NCBI RefSeq assembly: GCF_965196625.1
Contig: NZ_OZ239769.1
Location: 360,001-392,000, forward strand
Direction: 5' to 3'
DNA length: 32,000 nucleotides
Source of the DNA: Candidatus Saccharimonadota bacterium
GTDB lineage: Bacteria > Bacteroidota > Bacteroidia > Cytophagales > Amoebophilaceae
Below are positions 31,400 through 32,000 of the stretch, in pieces. The position numbers were made by a program, and so were the translations under genes. The notes beneath the pieces were generated by a model, which ran no database searches, was not told the origin of the DNA, and saw only the letters and a program-made list of their open reading frames with translations. Positions within the stretch are counted from its first letter, which is position 1, and each line of letters begins with the position of its first letter.

Positions 31400-32000
31400 T
31401 TACATTTTATCGGGTAGTTCAATCGTTAAGAGTGCCATGCTGGTTTTGAGTACCCTACCTACAGAAGCGGAAAGTAATAACCTCACCCCTCTAATGGTAA
31501 GATCAGCTTCCCGCAATATGGGATGGCTTGCATAGAATTTATTATAGGTTTTAGCCAATTCTAAAGCGTAATTGGCCATTACAGATGGCATATAGGTGGC
31601 AGCAGCTTCTTCTATCGCTTCTGGTAATCTATAGAGTTGGAAGATCAGCGTCTGCTCTAGTTGGCTCAGTGGTGCACTTGGAAGGGCATCCGATGCAATC
31701 GCTTGGCTTTCTTTGGCCTTGCGTGTTAAGGAACAAATTCTTGCATAGGTATATTGAATAAATGTTCCTGTATCACCTTGAAAATCAACAGATTCATTAG
31801 GATTGAACAACATCCTTTTTTGTGGTGCAACCCGTAACAAAAAGAATTTTAAGGCCCCCATGGCTAGGGTATGGCGCAATTTTTGTAGGGCTGCTTGGGT
31901 TAAGCCTTCAATTTTATGCGTGTTGCCCATATAGTGGCCAACCGTATCGATCATCTCTTCTATCAGGTTATCGGCATCTACTACGTTGCCCTCTCTAGAT
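31400..32000 (-). CDS. argS: arginine--tRNA ligase, C-terminal ~200 codons; the gene continues right of the window
   Basis: The frame stays open to the window edge. It shows the DALR anticodon-binding domain (DFQGDTGTFIQYTYARI, ELAKTYNKFY) and the characteristic C-terminal ...ELPDKM ending in Met. Confidence 0.85.
   Translation of the reverse strand, partial: SREGNVVDADNLIEEMIDTVGHYMGNTHKIEGLTQAALQKLRHTLAMGALKFFLLRVAPQKRMLFNPNESVDFQGDTGTFIQYTYARICSLTRKAKESQAIASDALPSAPLSQLEQTLIFQLYRLPEAIEEAAATYMPSVMANYALELAKTYNKFYASHPILREADLTIRGVRLLLSASVGRVLKTSMALLTIELPDKM

Noticed and set aside
1-32000. CRISPR arrays, rRNA genes, transposases or IS elements, prophage genes and toxin-antitoxin pairs
   Set aside because: I saw no regularly spaced direct repeats, no rRNA-like conserved blocks, and no ORF with transposase, integrase (other than XerD), capsid, terminase or TA-like features. 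The only dispersed repeat is the ~65-nt element reported above.

Overview
The window is 32 kb of a low-GC (about 40% by eye) chromosome that looks like Bacteroidota. Supporting signs: no Shine-Dalgarno sequences upstream of starts, TAnnTTTG-like -7 boxes before the tRNAs, rpsF-rpsR-rplI without ssb, an abutting grpE-dnaJ pair, and LspA and LeuRS carrying the long insertions I recall as typical of Bacteroidota. A disrupted essential gene and several orphan proteins suggest a host-associated or reduced genome. A Cytophagales/Amoebophilaceae-like symbiont is my unverified guess. Content is mostly housekeeping: glyQS (partial), lpxH, mreB, uvrA, an MscS-family channel, murB, leuS, rsmA, dnaX, dnaJ, grpE, a PlsC-like acyltransferase, tRNA-Asn, xerD, tRNA-Val, an Sfp-type PPTase, rplI-rpsR-rpsF, ung and argS (partial). 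I saw no CRISPR array, rRNA, transposase or prophage genes. Items worth a second look: (1) leuS is broken into three ORFs by two single-base (+1) disruptions although all catalytic motifs are intact. (2) GrpE carries an N-terminal extension of six ~12-residue repeats, each with a CC or CCC cluster (14 Cys). (3) Two tandem, diverged but catalytically intact lspA paralogs sit downstream of a lipoprotein/beta-barrel pair and of a membrane-anchored Lon-type AAA+ module that lacks a protease domain. (4) An AAA-ATPase-like/PD-(D/E)XK fusion protein follows mreB where mreCD would be expected. (5) A ~65-nt dispersed repeat occurs 3' of two minus-strand operons. (6) A 991-aa HExxH, propeller and barrel envelope protein lies upstream of murB. 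(7) A 489-bp AT-rich divergent spacer ends in a Leu/Ile-rich mini-ORF just before leuS. All homology calls come from motif recognition by eye; no database search was run.
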